Assembly: GCA_951813565.1 (NCBI GenBank)
Contig: OX638351.1
Coordinates: 2,656,001 to 2,720,000, forward strand
DNA: 64,000 bases
Source: an uncultured Poribacteria bacterium
GTDB taxonomy: Bacteria > Poribacteria > WGA-4E > WGA-3G
Direction of reading: 5' to 3'
Shown here: in pieces, positions 29,930 to 39,852 of the stretch
Position numbering within the stretch: position 1 is the first letter of the stretch
How the letters are laid out: every line of letters starts with the position of its first letter
Position numbers and translations under genes: made by a program
Notes under the pieces: model-generated
What the model was told of the DNA's origin: nothing
Seen by the model: only the letters and a program-made list of their open reading frames with translations
Databases searched by the model: none

Positions 29930-30817
29930 ATGAAAAAAATATTTCTTATTATTACACTTGCTTTATTTATAGTTGGATGCGGCAACCAGAACGAACACCT
30001 TGCCAAAGGAAAAGAATTGATAAAATCCGACAAACGGAGAAAAGAGGAACGCGCTGTCCGTGAATTTAAACTTGCTATTGAACAAGAAAGTGATAATGCT
30101 GAAGCGCATTATCTGCTTGGATTCTACGATTCGCAGGAGTTCTACGAAGCCAACCAATCGGAGTGGAATCAGGCATCAATTGCGCAGAGAGGGCAGCACA
30201 TGTTTAAAGCGTATCAAGAAGACTCGCGTGAATACCTTGAAATTCTTATTTTTGATACGCTTCGAGACGACGACGTGAGTGTGCAAAACGCTGCATTAGA
30301 AGCTCTGACACTTGTTTACCAGAAGGGCGACCGCAAACAACTTCTCAAGCAACTCGAAAAAGCGATTAAGTCCAAAGACAATCGTGACAGACATGATGCA
30401 CATTGGGTCATGGCGAACATCGGCAGGTCTGATCCAACGACTATGGTACCGATTCTAATTGAATTGCTAAAACACAATCAGATGGGCACCCGTTTGAATG
30501 CTGTTAAAGCACTTGGTGAAATAGGGAGTGAAGATGCTATTCCTGTCCTTGCTGCTCTCGTTGAATCTGGTTCTGCAAAGCGAGAACGTGATCGTGAAGA
30601 ACCTGAAGTGCGTCAGTTGGCTGTCGCAGCACTTGGAAAAATCGGAGGCAAAGCGGTCCCTGAACTTGTCAAAATTACACAGAACAAAGGTTCTTCCCTC
30701 CGAGTTGATGCGATTCGGGCGCTATCCACGCTCGGCGATGAGAAAGCTGTACAACCCCTTTTGGATGCGTTGAAAGAAAAAAGTAGTCGGGAAGTTGTTG
30801 TAAATTTAAGAAATTAA
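29930..30817 (+). CDS. Lipoprotein with TPR-like and HEAT repeats
   Basis: Lipobox IVGC; AEAHYLLG; RLNAVKALGEIG, RQLAVAALGKIG. Confidence 0.8.
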   Translation: MKKIFLIITLALFIVGCGNQNEHLAKGKELIKSDKRRKEERAVREFKLAIEQESDNAEAHYLLGFYDSQEFYEANQSEWNQASIAQRGQHMFKAYQEDSREYLEILIFDTLRDDDVSVQNAALEALTLVYQKGDRKQLLKQLEKAIKSKDNRDRHDAHWVMANIGRSDPTTMVPILIELLKHNQMGTRLNAVKALGEIGSEDAIPVLAALVESGSAKRERDREEPEVRQLAVAALGKIGGKAVPELVKITQNKGSSLRVDAIRALSTLGDEKAVQPLLDALKEKSSREVVVNLRN

Positions 30818-30888
30818 AACCAATTTTGTCCGTTATGTGTGGACAGAAATGCCATCACTTCGTATCCGAATGATTGAAAGGAACGTGA

Positions 30889-32313
30889 ATGTTTAGAAAT
30901 GTACCGATAATATTCATTTTAGTTATCTTAGCATTTGCGCTTGGATGTGATAACTACTATTACGATGAACACTTAAAAATGGAAGTGCAACAACTTGATA
31001 GTGACCTCGAAAATAGATGGTCAACGAGCGGTGTCGTCATAAAAGTTATTAGACCGAATGGTCCTGCCGATAAAGCAGAATTATCATCTGGAGAACTCAT
31101 TTCTTATGTAATAGGTGAGTATCCCATTCAGAATCCTCGCGATTTCAAGCGTGCAGTGAAAAAATCTATGGTTGATGACAATAACATGCTGCTGCACCTC
31201 AAAGGTAAGGATCCACTCCGTATTGCGACGCGGAAAATTGGTGATAAAGTAGGTTTGGAGGTTGAAGGTAGCGGCACCGTTCGTATCAAGAAAATTATTC
31301 CCGGTACTCCCGCTGCAAATAGTGACGCTATTCAGGTTGGTGATGTTGTAGAAAAGATTGTTGATGAGCGAAGAATCCACAGTTTAAACGACTACAAAAA
31401 AACTGTCAATGAGTTTGCGGAATTGAATGTAAACTTGACCTTCAGGACAACCGAACTCATTGGCGTAAAAATAGCAGCTGTTACTGCTCTCGGCAATTTA
31501 GGCGATACCCGTGCTGTTGAATCTTTAATAGAGATTCTTAAGAATAGTAAAGAACTTTCACTCCGTAAAGCAGCAGCACGGAGTTTAGAACGGCTTGTCG
31601 CCCTAAGCGAACTCAATTCACTCTTTCAGCAGTTTCAACAAGAAAATGTGAATCAACTTCCCGCGGATACACTTGATAGTCAACAACGCGATTCTGCTGA
31701 AATTCTCGGATTACTTCTCGTTGACCCCGCTGCAAATACGGCAACACTTGAAGCACCGTTCGGAATCCAATTCCGTTACCGTTCAGAAGCACTGTATCAG
31801 AAAGTAAACGAAGGTCCCCTTGTTGAACTTGCCGAACAATATATCCAAATTGTTACTGAACCGGAACAAGAAATTCGTCGCGCATGTCTCTTCATTCTCG
31901 GCACCCTTAAGCCTATCTCCGCGATTGAACCTCTCATCAAAGTGCTCAGAGACCAAAATGAAATTCCCGGTATCCGTTTCCAAGCTGGCTTAGCGCTTAG
32001 CCAGATCGGCACCCCCGCTGTTGATGCTCTCATCGCTGCATTTAATGAAGCTGATACTACTGCGAAAGACATTGCCGCTTCTGCCCTCGGTAATATAGGT
32101 GGAATACAGACACGCGACTTTTTGATTAATGCCTTAGAAACCACTGACGATCCAGCGATACAATTAACGTTGGTAGACGCAATCGCTAAAATTGGAGATG
32201 AATCCGCACTCAGTGCCCTTGAGCGCCAACGCCAACGTTTTCAAGAAGATGATTCCGCCATCCGCATCTTTCTTGATGAGGTTTTTAGCAGCTTGACGGA
32301 TCCCTCTCAGTAG
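30889..32313 (+). CDS. Lipoprotein with two PDZ-like domains and HEAT repeats
   Basis: Lipobox ALGC; GVVIKVIRPNGPADKA, IKKIIPGTPAA; AASALGNIG repeats. Confidence 0.8.
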   Translation: MFRNVPIIFILVILAFALGCDNYYYDEHLKMEVQQLDSDLENRWSTSGVVIKVIRPNGPADKAELSSGELISYVIGEYPIQNPRDFKRAVKKSMVDDNNMLLHLKGKDPLRIATRKIGDKVGLEVEGSGTVRIKKIIPGTPAANSDAIQVGDVVEKIVDERRIHSLNDYKKTVNEFAELNVNLTFRTTELIGVKIAAVTALGNLGDTRAVESLIEILKNSKELSLRKAAARSLERLVALSELNSLFQQFQQENVNQLPADTLDSQQRDSAEILGLLLVDPAANTATLEAPFGIQFRYRSEALYQKVNEGPLVELAEQYIQIVTEPEQEIRRACLFILGTLKPISAIEPLIKVLRDQNEIPGIRFQAGLALSQIGTPAVDALIAAFNEADTTAKDIAASALGNIGGIQTRDFLINALETTDDPAIQLTLVDAIAKIGDESALSALERQRQRFQEDDSAIRIFLDEVFSSLTDPSQ

Positions 32314-32414
32314 ACACCGTTTTCTTCTTTGAATACTACACAAAATTTGAAATGTAACTGACAAAAGTTACGGAATTTTTAAGAATACGCTACAAGCTGG
32401 CATACACAAGATTA

Positions 32415-33260
32415 ATGAAAATTGGACTAATTTCCGACTTGCATGCGGAAGCAACCGAAGCCAATAGAGCGATTGTTCCATTTCTCATTGATGCGATCAT
32501 ATCTGCTGAACTTGATGTTTTTGTCCTCGCAGGTGATGTAACCCCCAATTTATCTGAATTCTACGAAATACTCGGTGAATTTGACAAGGCTGAATTGCCT
32601 TGTCAAAAATTGTTTGTTCCGGGTAATCACGATATTTGGGTCAGCAAGGATGCGAACATGACGAGTCAACAGAAATGCCGTGTGATTTCAGAAATTTGCC
32701 AAGATCACAGGTTTTATCCACTTATTGATGCGCCATATATCGCTGAAAAAATAGGTTTCTGCGGCACCATAGGTTGGTACGATTATACGTTTGCTTCGGA
32801 TGAATACGATTTTTCTGCTGAGCAATATGCTAAAAAACAGTTGATGGGAACAGTCTGGAATGATAAGCGGTATGCAAGGTGGTCAGATACGGACCAGAAA
32901 GTCGCACACCGCTTTGAGGCTGAGCTTGATAAGCAGATCGCTTTCTTGAAGGATAGGGTGCAACGCATCATTGTCGTCACACATCATGTTCCGTTTCGGA
33001 AGTGTATTCACTACCGTGGGGAATTGCCTTGGGACTATTTTCGTGCGTTTTACGGAAGTGAAGGGCTTGGTATGTTATGTTTACAGGAACCGCTTGTTAC
33101 GCATGTCCTTTTTGGACATGTGCATTATGCTGTTAATCAACAGGTCGAGAACGTAAAAGCAATTTGTGCACCTATCGGTTATCTTCACAAACAACCGACT
33201 GAAGGCTTGCAGGCTTATGCTGAACGAAGTTTGACCTGTTTCACTTTAGCAACGGTTTAA
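32415..33260 (+). CDS. Calcineurin-like metallophosphoesterase
   Basis: SDLH, AGD, GNHD, THHVP, GHVH. Confidence 0.9.
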   Translation: MKIGLISDLHAEATEANRAIVPFLIDAIISAELDVFVLAGDVTPNLSEFYEILGEFDKAELPCQKLFVPGNHDIWVSKDANMTSQQKCRVISEICQDHRFYPLIDAPYIAEKIGFCGTIGWYDYTFASDEYDFSAEQYAKKQLMGTVWNDKRYARWSDTDQKVAHRFEAELDKQIAFLKDRVQRIIVVTHHVPFRKCIHYRGELPWDYFRAFYGSEGLGMLCLQEPLVTHVLFGHVHYAVNQQVENVKAICAPIGYLHKQPTEGLQAYAERSLTCFTLATV

Positions 33261-33287
33261 AATATAAATAGAGTAGAGGAGAACAAT

Positions 33288-33647
33288 ATGGAAATTACGC
33301 TAACAAATAGTAACGAATTTGGTGCACTTGAATTTCCGTGGGGTGCAATTAAATGGTTGTGTAATGATCAGATTGATCCAGATGCTGAAATGACATTCGG
33401 TGTTGTTTACATTAATGCTGGTGAAGGTAACCCAACCCACTATCATCCGAATTGCGAGGAACTTATCTATGTGCTTTCAGGTGAATGCGACCATAAGTTA
33501 GGAGATGAAACAATTCCACTCAAGCAAGGGATGATGCTGCGCATTCCACGTAATGTCAAACACAACGCTATCAATACGGGTTGGCAACCGGTAACGATGA
33601 TTATCTGTTATTCAGATGCTGACAGACAAACAGTGTTTTGTGATTAA
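33288..33647 (+). CDS. Cupin domain protein
   Basis: HYHPNCEELIYVLSGE, IPRNVKH. Confidence 0.88.
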   Translation: MEITLTNSNEFGALEFPWGAIKWLCNDQIDPDAEMTFGVVYINAGEGNPTHYHPNCEELIYVLSGECDHKLGDETIPLKQGMMLRIPRNVKHNAINTGWQPVTMIICYSDADRQTVFCD

Positions 33648-33699
33648 ACGGATGCAGAACATTAAACTTTTTAAAATCGGCAAACAGGAATTATGATCC

Positions 33700-34395
33700 A
33701 TGCCCAATGAATCCAAGTGCAAAGTCAAAATCTGCGGCACGACCTCAATCCACGATGCTTGTCTTGCTGCTGATGCTGGTGCGAATTACTCTGGCGTATT
33801 AGTTGAAGTTGCTTCTTCAGAACGATCGCTAACCACTACCCAAGCAGTAGAAATCGCCAATGGAAGCCCTATCCCGACAGTGTTGTTACTATACAATCGG
33901 ACAACGTCAGACATCCAAGAAAAAGTAAGACAAATTCAACCGTTTGCGGTGCAACTTCTTGGACAAGAGCCACCACAACACGTTGAAAAACTCAAACGTG
34001 TTGTAACATGTCAACTCTGGAAATCTGTCTATCTGCCTGCAGGCAGTCCAGAAAATGTGGACATGCAAGCAGTCCGAGCACAGATGCAAGCATACTGTGA
34101 TGCTGGCGCGGATTTTCTCCTATTTGATACTGTTGATACCAGCATTGATCCGCCTCGGTACGGTGGGACAGGAAAGACCTGTGATTGGCATGTAGCGGCT
34201 GAGTTAATTGCTGATAGTCCGCTACCTGTCTTTTTTGCAGGTGGAATTCGTCCTGATAACGTCAAAGATGCTATTGAGACAATTAAACCTCACGGTATTG
34301 ACCTCTGCTCTGGTGTAGAAGCGTCAAAGGGAGTTAAAGAGAAGCAGAAACTTGAACGACTTATGGAACAAGTCAAACTTGCAGAGGAAATGTAA
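33700..34395 (+). CDS. trpF: Phosphoribosylanthranilate isomerase
   Basis: KVKICG, GGTGKTCDW, FAGGIRPDNV, DLCSGVE. Confidence 0.85.
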   Translation: MPNESKCKVKICGTTSIHDACLAADAGANYSGVLVEVASSERSLTTTQAVEIANGSPIPTVLLLYNRTTSDIQEKVRQIQPFAVQLLGQEPPQHVEKLKRVVTCQLWKSVYLPAGSPENVDMQAVRAQMQAYCDAGADFLLFDTVDTSIDPPRYGGTGKTCDWHVAAELIADSPLPVFFAGGIRPDNVKDAIETIKPHGIDLCSGVEASKGVKEKQKLERLMEQVKLAEEM

Positions 34396-34516
34396 CCTTA
34401 ATCTACAAACAGTGGTTCGGGTAGAGCAAGCGAAACCCGACAAAACATTATAGTGAATAAGAACAGATAGAATTCTATAACAAAGAGAACAAGCACCTAT
34501 TGTTGTCCCAAAATAG

Positions 34517-34545
34517 TTGAAATCAGTTGTATAATAGGGTATACT
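34517..34545 (+). promoter_or_regulatory. Sigma70-type promoter
   Basis: TTGAAA-N17-TATACT upstream of 34622. Confidence 0.55.
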
Positions 34546-34621
34546 TGTTTCATACTGCAATGTGAAGTGCTCTCACTCTGGGCACATCTTATTACTTTGC
34601 ACAACCTAAGGAGACTTTTAT

Positions 34622-35350
34622 ATGAAGATCAAAGTACTTCAGTTAACCTTTATCTTTCTAATGATCTGTATAATTTCCGTTGCCGCCCCTTCCGCTGTCT
34701 TTGCAGACGCACATGAGACTGAAGGGGAAATGGCGCCTGAAGCCGAAATGGCAGAAGAAAAACCAGGTGTTTCAGGGTGGTTCCAAGTTGATGTTGATAG
34801 TTTAGGGACGTATTTCTTGATTGGTGCCAGCCATCCGATTGGCGGTGTCTCAATCGCTTCTAACATCTATGTCAATGATCATCTCGGCGAATTTGACCTC
34901 GGTGTCTCATTACCCGCAGTGAAAAGTGACAGTGTGTCACTTGATTTGGTCCCGATGCTCGGAGTTGGGTTTGACTACACTGGAGCGGATGGTCCCGATG
35001 CTCTATTTCCGCAATTTTTTGCTTTTCTGACCACACCTAAAATCTATTTTTTTCACTGGACCATTGGAACAGTTTCTACGATATTTGATGATACCGCTGT
35101 CAACGAACTCTACACCCGTAATTTTCTCACATATTCCATAAACGATACCATCGCTATTGGTCCGCAGGCTGAAGCAGTTTTCGTTTTTGCTGATGAGCTG
35201 GATAAACCTCTGAAACTAAATTTCGGTGGACGCATTAACATCGGCTACGGAACAGCTAATTTACTCGGTTTATACATCGGGTATGAAACAAAGAAAGAGG
35301 AAGGGGAAACTGGTCTTACGGGTAGAATGAATTTCACTCGTTTCTGGTAG
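34622..35350 (+). CDS. Putative outer-membrane beta-barrel protein (paralog of 37154-37885)
   Basis: Signal peptide, alternating amphipathic strands, C-terminal aromatic residue (FTRFW). Confidence 0.65.
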   Translation: MKIKVLQLTFIFLMICIISVAAPSAVFADAHETEGEMAPEAEMAEEKPGVSGWFQVDVDSLGTYFLIGASHPIGGVSIASNIYVNDHLGEFDLGVSLPAVKSDSVSLDLVPMLGVGFDYTGADGPDALFPQFFAFLTTPKIYFFHWTIGTVSTIFDDTAVNELYTRNFLTYSINDTIAIGPQAEAVFVFADELDKPLKLNFGGRINIGYGTANLLGLYIGYETKKEEGETGLTGRMNFTRFW

Positions 35351-35393
35351 TACAAATTCGAAAATAAGGGCGCGGTTACAAGCCGCGCCACCT

Positions 35394-36815
35394 CTACTCC
35401 ACCAAATAAATATGAATTGTTCTATCTTTTGCCCGTGAGAACGCTGGTAACGTTTCTATCATGCGTCCTCGTTTGCGAATCCAATTACGAACAGTCATAT
35501 CCGCATCAAAGACGTTAAAACTCGCCACGTCTACGATAAACCATATTCGTTTACCATCTGAACTTTCCCATTCTTTCTCAAAAGATACTTTATCCTTTAC
35601 CAATTTGTCAACGTCAATCGATTCCGATGTTGGCATATAATACCTTGTCATTTCTGGTTCTGATAGTACCAATTGATCGGTTGGTTTGCGCTTAACTTTG
35701 ATAACTTCAAATGCCTCCCTCCATTTCGGTCTACCACCATTTTCAAATCGAAAGTAGAGATAATTTTGAGATAACAATACAACAATGAGCAGGCAAGGAA
35801 GCAGGGCCTTGAACAAGTTATATTTGTCCGCAGTTACTGCTTCCCAAAGATAAGTACATGCAACTGCGGCAAGGATAAAATAGGCAGGTGTTGTCCAAAA
35901 CAGATAATAGCCCGCTACATTCTGAAACTGAGACGCTATGAGGAGAAGCACCAACGGCACGCCAGCGAAACACATTAAAAATCGAGTAGCACGATCATGT
36001 GGATTTACGATAGCAGCAAAAAAAGCAGTAACGGCTATCGGAATGCTAACCCCTTGGACAAGTGTGAGAACAATATAGATAGGACTCCGTCCCCACTCAT
36101 TGTGTCCCCACCCGGAAGATACGTAGCCGCGAATCTGTGGGAGGGCAAGCATTAGGACAGGTAGAGCAAATGGTACAAAAAATAGAAGCAGATTTATCCA
36201 TCGCTTTCGGTTACGTTCTTCTAACAGCCGAAGTGTTGCATAGACCGCCAACGCAGGCACGATTGCTGCAGCAAGCAAGTGCGACAAGATAAGGCAAATA
36301 CAGGAAAAGAGCGCACATATTGTTAATAACGTTGAATCGTTTTCAAGGGAGCGATAGAAAAACCATGCTGTCAATGCAGCAAAAAGAAAAGTGAAGATAT
36401 ACGAACGCGCATTTTGCGACCAAAATAGATGCCAGCTTGACAAGGCAACAAATGCCGTTGCCAATAATCCTACTCTGCTATTGTATAAGGTCTGCCCCAA
36501 ACTAAAGATTATCGGAATTGATAGAATACCTGCAATACAAAAAATTAGACGGTTATCCCATTCCTCCCCTCCCTCAATCAAAAATGATAACTTCTCACTT
36601 ATAAAAACGGAAAACTTCGCTGCGATATAAGGTATTGGATTAATTGGAGAATTGGAAAGAGAAAATTCTTTGGCATCCAGTACTGTCAGAACTTCGTCAA
36701 TCCAGAAACTCCACTGTCCCAGAGACCAAAACCGAAGGAGTGCCCCGATACTGACTATACAGATAAGCAAAATATGCCTATTTTTTAGGCAGTTTTGTGA
36801 TGAAAATTTCAGCAT
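35394..36815 (-). CDS. GT39/ArnT-like membrane glycosyltransferase
   Basis: LRFWSLGQWSFWIDE, WSQNARSY, many TM helices. Confidence 0.85.
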   Translation of the reverse strand: MLKFSSQNCLKNRHILLICIVSIGALLRFWSLGQWSFWIDEVLTVLDAKEFSLSNSPINPIPYIAAKFSVFISEKLSFLIEGGEEWDNRLIFCIAGILSIPIIFSLGQTLYNSRVGLLATAFVALSSWHLFWSQNARSYIFTFLFAALTAWFFYRSLENDSTLLTICALFSCICLILSHLLAAAIVPALAVYATLRLLEERNRKRWINLLLFFVPFALPVLMLALPQIRGYVSSGWGHNEWGRSPIYIVLTLVQGVSIPIAVTAFFAAIVNPHDRATRFLMCFAGVPLVLLLIASQFQNVAGYYLFWTTPAYFILAAVACTYLWEAVTADKYNLFKALLPCLLIVVLLSQNYLYFRFENGGRPKWREAFEVIKVKRKPTDQLVLSEPEMTRYYMPTSESIDVDKLVKDKVSFEKEWESSDGKRIWFIVDVASFNVFDADMTVRNWIRKRGRMIETLPAFSRAKDRTIHIYLVE

Positions 36816-36983
36816 TTTTAGCAGAAAATGATCTCCTCAAACTATGTAAATTTACGGACTATTTACCGGCACTCTATCTAACTGTATGAAGGTTATTGTA
36901 AGGATGCGTCTAATGTTGGTCTTATGCCAATAAGGCATCAAACCTTCACATCAAATTACATAATGTTTGCATCATAACACAAT

Positions 36984-36999
36984 TGGCACGCATATTGCT
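36984..36999 (+). promoter_or_regulatory. Sigma54 (-24/-12) promoter
   Basis: TGGCACGCATATTGCT matches TGGCAC-N5-TTGC with GG-N10-GC spacing, upstream of an amt operon. Confidence 0.8.
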
Positions 37000-37153
37000 T
37001 TAACTGAGGCAGTGCAACTAAGCACAGATTCTATCACAAGTTGATGCCGCGTTCAATAAAAATTGGGCAAGTTGAGTTTCTCAAACTGGCACACAACTTA
37101 TTCTGGCACAACATAAGTAGTGCTTGAATTATTATTCTATTAAGGAGATTTTA

Positions 37154-37885
37154 ATGAAAATTAAAGCGTTTTGGTTACCCCAATTATTGGCAATAGTTTG
37201 TATCCTTGCAGTTGGTAGTGTCCCGATGGTTTACGGTGATGCTCACGAAGCGGGTGAAGAGATGGAAATGGAAATGGAAATGGAAGAAGAGTCAGGTGTT
37301 TCCGGTTGGTTCCGGACCGATACAGATAGTTTAGGAACACAAATCTGGGTTGGTGCAAGCCATCCGGTTGGAAGTATCTCTATAGACAGTGATATTTATG
37401 TCGTGGATACCTTCGGTGAGTTTGACCTCGGTCTCGGTATTCCAGTTGCAGACAGCGACAGTCTGTCACTCAGTTTTCTTCCCATGGTTGGTATTGGATT
37501 TGACTACGGCACAGCGAATGGTCCAACAACATTGATTGCACCGCAGTTGTTCACCTATCTTACCGCTGGTTCCATCTATTTTGAATCGTGGATCCAAGGT
37601 TTTTTCAATTCGCCTTTTGATGAAGAGGGGGCAGATTCGCTCTATACACGCGATTTTATTCTCTATTCTATCAATGATACCGTTGCTATCGGCCCACAAG
37701 TTGAAGCGACAATTGATTTAGGTGATGATGGCGGACTCGGAAGCCTCGTTGTTGGTGGACGCATCAATCTCGGCTACGGTGAAAATAACACGCTTGGACT
37801 CTTTGTCGGTTTTGAAACCCAGCTTGAAGAAGATTCGGAAGATACGGGAATAACGGGTAGAATGACGTTCGTCCGCAGTTGGTAA
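37154..37885 (+). CDS. Putative outer-membrane beta-barrel protein upstream of amt
   Basis: AAGGAG RBS, signal peptide, ends FVRSW; shares GVSGWF, GASHP, GEFDLG, AIGPQ with 34622. Confidence 0.65.
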   Translation: MKIKAFWLPQLLAIVCILAVGSVPMVYGDAHEAGEEMEMEMEMEEESGVSGWFRTDTDSLGTQIWVGASHPVGSISIDSDIYVVDTFGEFDLGLGIPVADSDSLSLSFLPMVGIGFDYGTANGPTTLIAPQLFTYLTAGSIYFESWIQGFFNSPFDEEGADSLYTRDFILYSINDTVAIGPQVEATIDLGDDGGLGSLVVGGRINLGYGENNTLGLFVGFETQLEEDSEDTGITGRMTFVRSW

Positions 37886-38066
37886 AGGATATATTTGTGA
37901 GGACAGTAGGTTTGCTGTCCTTTGCGTAGGTTAAAATCATCGCGAATCAGAAAAAGCGCTTGATTCGCGATGTATCCAAAATATTATTGAACACGACGAA
38001 ACGGATGTAAACTCTCAGTTCCCAGAGTTCTAAGAAGCAGTTTTATTGAAATATAGGAGATTTCAA

Positions 38067-39497
38067 ATGAAAAAAGTGGTTATAATAACGGTTCTGATCT
38101 TAACCTGCCTACTAAGCCTAAATGCTTTTGCCTTGAATGGAAATGTTGATGACTTGGAAGCTGAAGGTGAAAAGGTAATGGCTTACGAAGGCACTCCGTA
38201 TGAAAAAGAGATGGTTAAGATTCCAGCAGGAAAATATAGCGCAGACACGCTGTGGGTACTTGTCGCTGCATTCCTCGTTTTCTTTATGCAGGCTGGTTTC
38301 GCTATGGTGGAATCTGGATTCACACGTGCCAAAAATGCTGTCAACATTCTCATGAAAAACCTCATGGACTTCTCAATGGGTTCAATCGCTTATTGGGCAA
38401 TCGGTTTTGCCATTATGTTTGGTGCTGGTAATGCATTCATGGGAACAAGTGGTTGGTTCGTCCCAGCTGAATCCGGCGTGTTTAGTTCGTTAGAGTGGAG
38501 TTCTGTTCCAACACACGCGGCATGGCTCTTCCAACTTGTTTTTGCTGCAACGGCTGCGACTATTGTTTCCGGTGCTATGGCAGAACGAACACAGTTCAAA
38601 AGTTATCTGATTTATAGTGTTTTTATCACCGGTATCATCTATCCGATTGTTGGTCACTGGATTTGGGGTGGCGGTTGGTTATCAAGTCTGGGCATGTCCG
38701 ATTTTGCTGGCTCAACAGTCGTCCATTCAACAGGCGGTTGGCTTGCATTGACAGGAGCTATTGTCTTAGGACCGCGGCTCGGTAAATATGATAGCGAAGG
38801 CAAACCGAGACCTATTGCTGGTCATAACCTGCCACTTGCAGCACTTGGTGTCTTTATTTTATGGCTCGGTTGGTTCGGATTCAATCCTGGAAGTGAAATG
38901 GGCGCGAATGCAGGAGCTATTTCCAGCATCGCAGTAACTACGAACCTCGCAGCTGCTGCAGGTGCTATTACAGCTATGATTACTGCATGGATATTTCTTG
39001 GCAAACCTGATGCAGGCATGTCCCTTAACGGTGCGCTCGCTGGGTTGGTAACAATTACTGCTGGTTGCGCTTCCGTTAGTCCGACATCCGCTGCTATTAT
39101 GGGTGCACTCGGTGGTATCGTAGTTGTTTTGAGCGTGCTGTTGTTAGAACGTTTCCGAATTGACGATCCTGTCGGTGCTGTCTCTGTTCACGGTACGTGT
39201 GGTGCTTTAGGCACACTCCTACTTGGATTTTTCCATAGCAAGCAAGGCATTTTCTATGCACACACAGTACTTACAAAAAATCCTGATACCGTATATGGGT
39301 TCGGATTTCTCTGGGCACAATTCGTCGGTGTTATCGCTGTTCTGGTATGGTGTCTCGTTACTGGGTTTATTCTCTTCTATGCAATCAAAGCGGTTACTGG
39401 CTTGCGGGTTACACAAGAAGAAGAACAAGCAGGTCTTGACTATGAAGAACACGGTGCAAGTGCCTATCCGGACTTTAATGTTTCATCCATACGTTAG
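38067..39497 (+). CDS. amt: Ammonium transporter (Amt1-type)
   Basis: FFMQAGFAMVESG, DFAGSTVVH, GWFGFNPGS, DDPVGAVSVHG. Confidence 0.95.
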   Translation: MKKVVIITVLILTCLLSLNAFALNGNVDDLEAEGEKVMAYEGTPYEKEMVKIPAGKYSADTLWVLVAAFLVFFMQAGFAMVESGFTRAKNAVNILMKNLMDFSMGSIAYWAIGFAIMFGAGNAFMGTSGWFVPAESGVFSSLEWSSVPTHAAWLFQLVFAATAATIVSGAMAERTQFKSYLIYSVFITGIIYPIVGHWIWGGGWLSSLGMSDFAGSTVVHSTGGWLALTGAIVLGPRLGKYDSEGKPRPIAGHNLPLAALGVFILWLGWFGFNPGSEMGANAGAISSIAVTTNLAAAAGAITAMITAWIFLGKPDAGMSLNGALAGLVTITAGCASVSPTSAAIMGALGGIVVVLSVLLLERFRIDDPVGAVSVHGTCGALGTLLLGFFHSKQGIFYAHTVLTKNPDTVYGFGFLWAQFVGVIAVLVWCLVTGFILFYAIKAVTGLRVTQEEEQAGLDYEEHGASAYPDFNVSSIR

Positions 39498-39547
39498 ACA
39501 TATTTTCAGATAACCTTCAATTGGAAGATTCAAGGTTACAAACTCAA

Positions 39548-39619
39548 AATAGGGTGCCCATAAGAAGTTTACTTATATCCCTGAGTTTTACTTCTTGGCT
39601 TATGGGCGTTCCTATTTTA
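39548..39619 (+). terminator. Long hairpin between the two amt genes, probable terminator
   Basis: AAAATAGGGTGCCCATAAG / CTTATGGGCGTTCCTATTTT. Confidence 0.55.
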
Positions 39620-39663
39620 CTGTTTGTATGGCGTTATCTTGTTTTGCCGTTGATTGTAATCAC

Positions 39664-39692
39664 TTGAAACCTTAATGTTATTCTGATAGAAT
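39664..39692 (+). promoter_or_regulatory. Sigma70-type promoter for the second amt
   Basis: TTGAAA-N17-TAGAAT with TG extension. Confidence 0.55.
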
Positions 39693-39852
39693 GCTAAATC
39701 AATACTCGTAGAAGTTAGACCCTTTAAGAAGCGTTAGTAGGACGGATAATTTTTTTCTTCAAATTGAAATTGGAAGGTGGACAAGGTTGTCTACCTTTAT
39801 AGAAAATAACTGAACAAGTACCATCACTTGTTTAATACTAAGGAGGATACAG

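Noticed and set aside
37085..37118. Additional sigma54 sites (CTGGCAC twice)
   Set aside because: No GC at the -12 position
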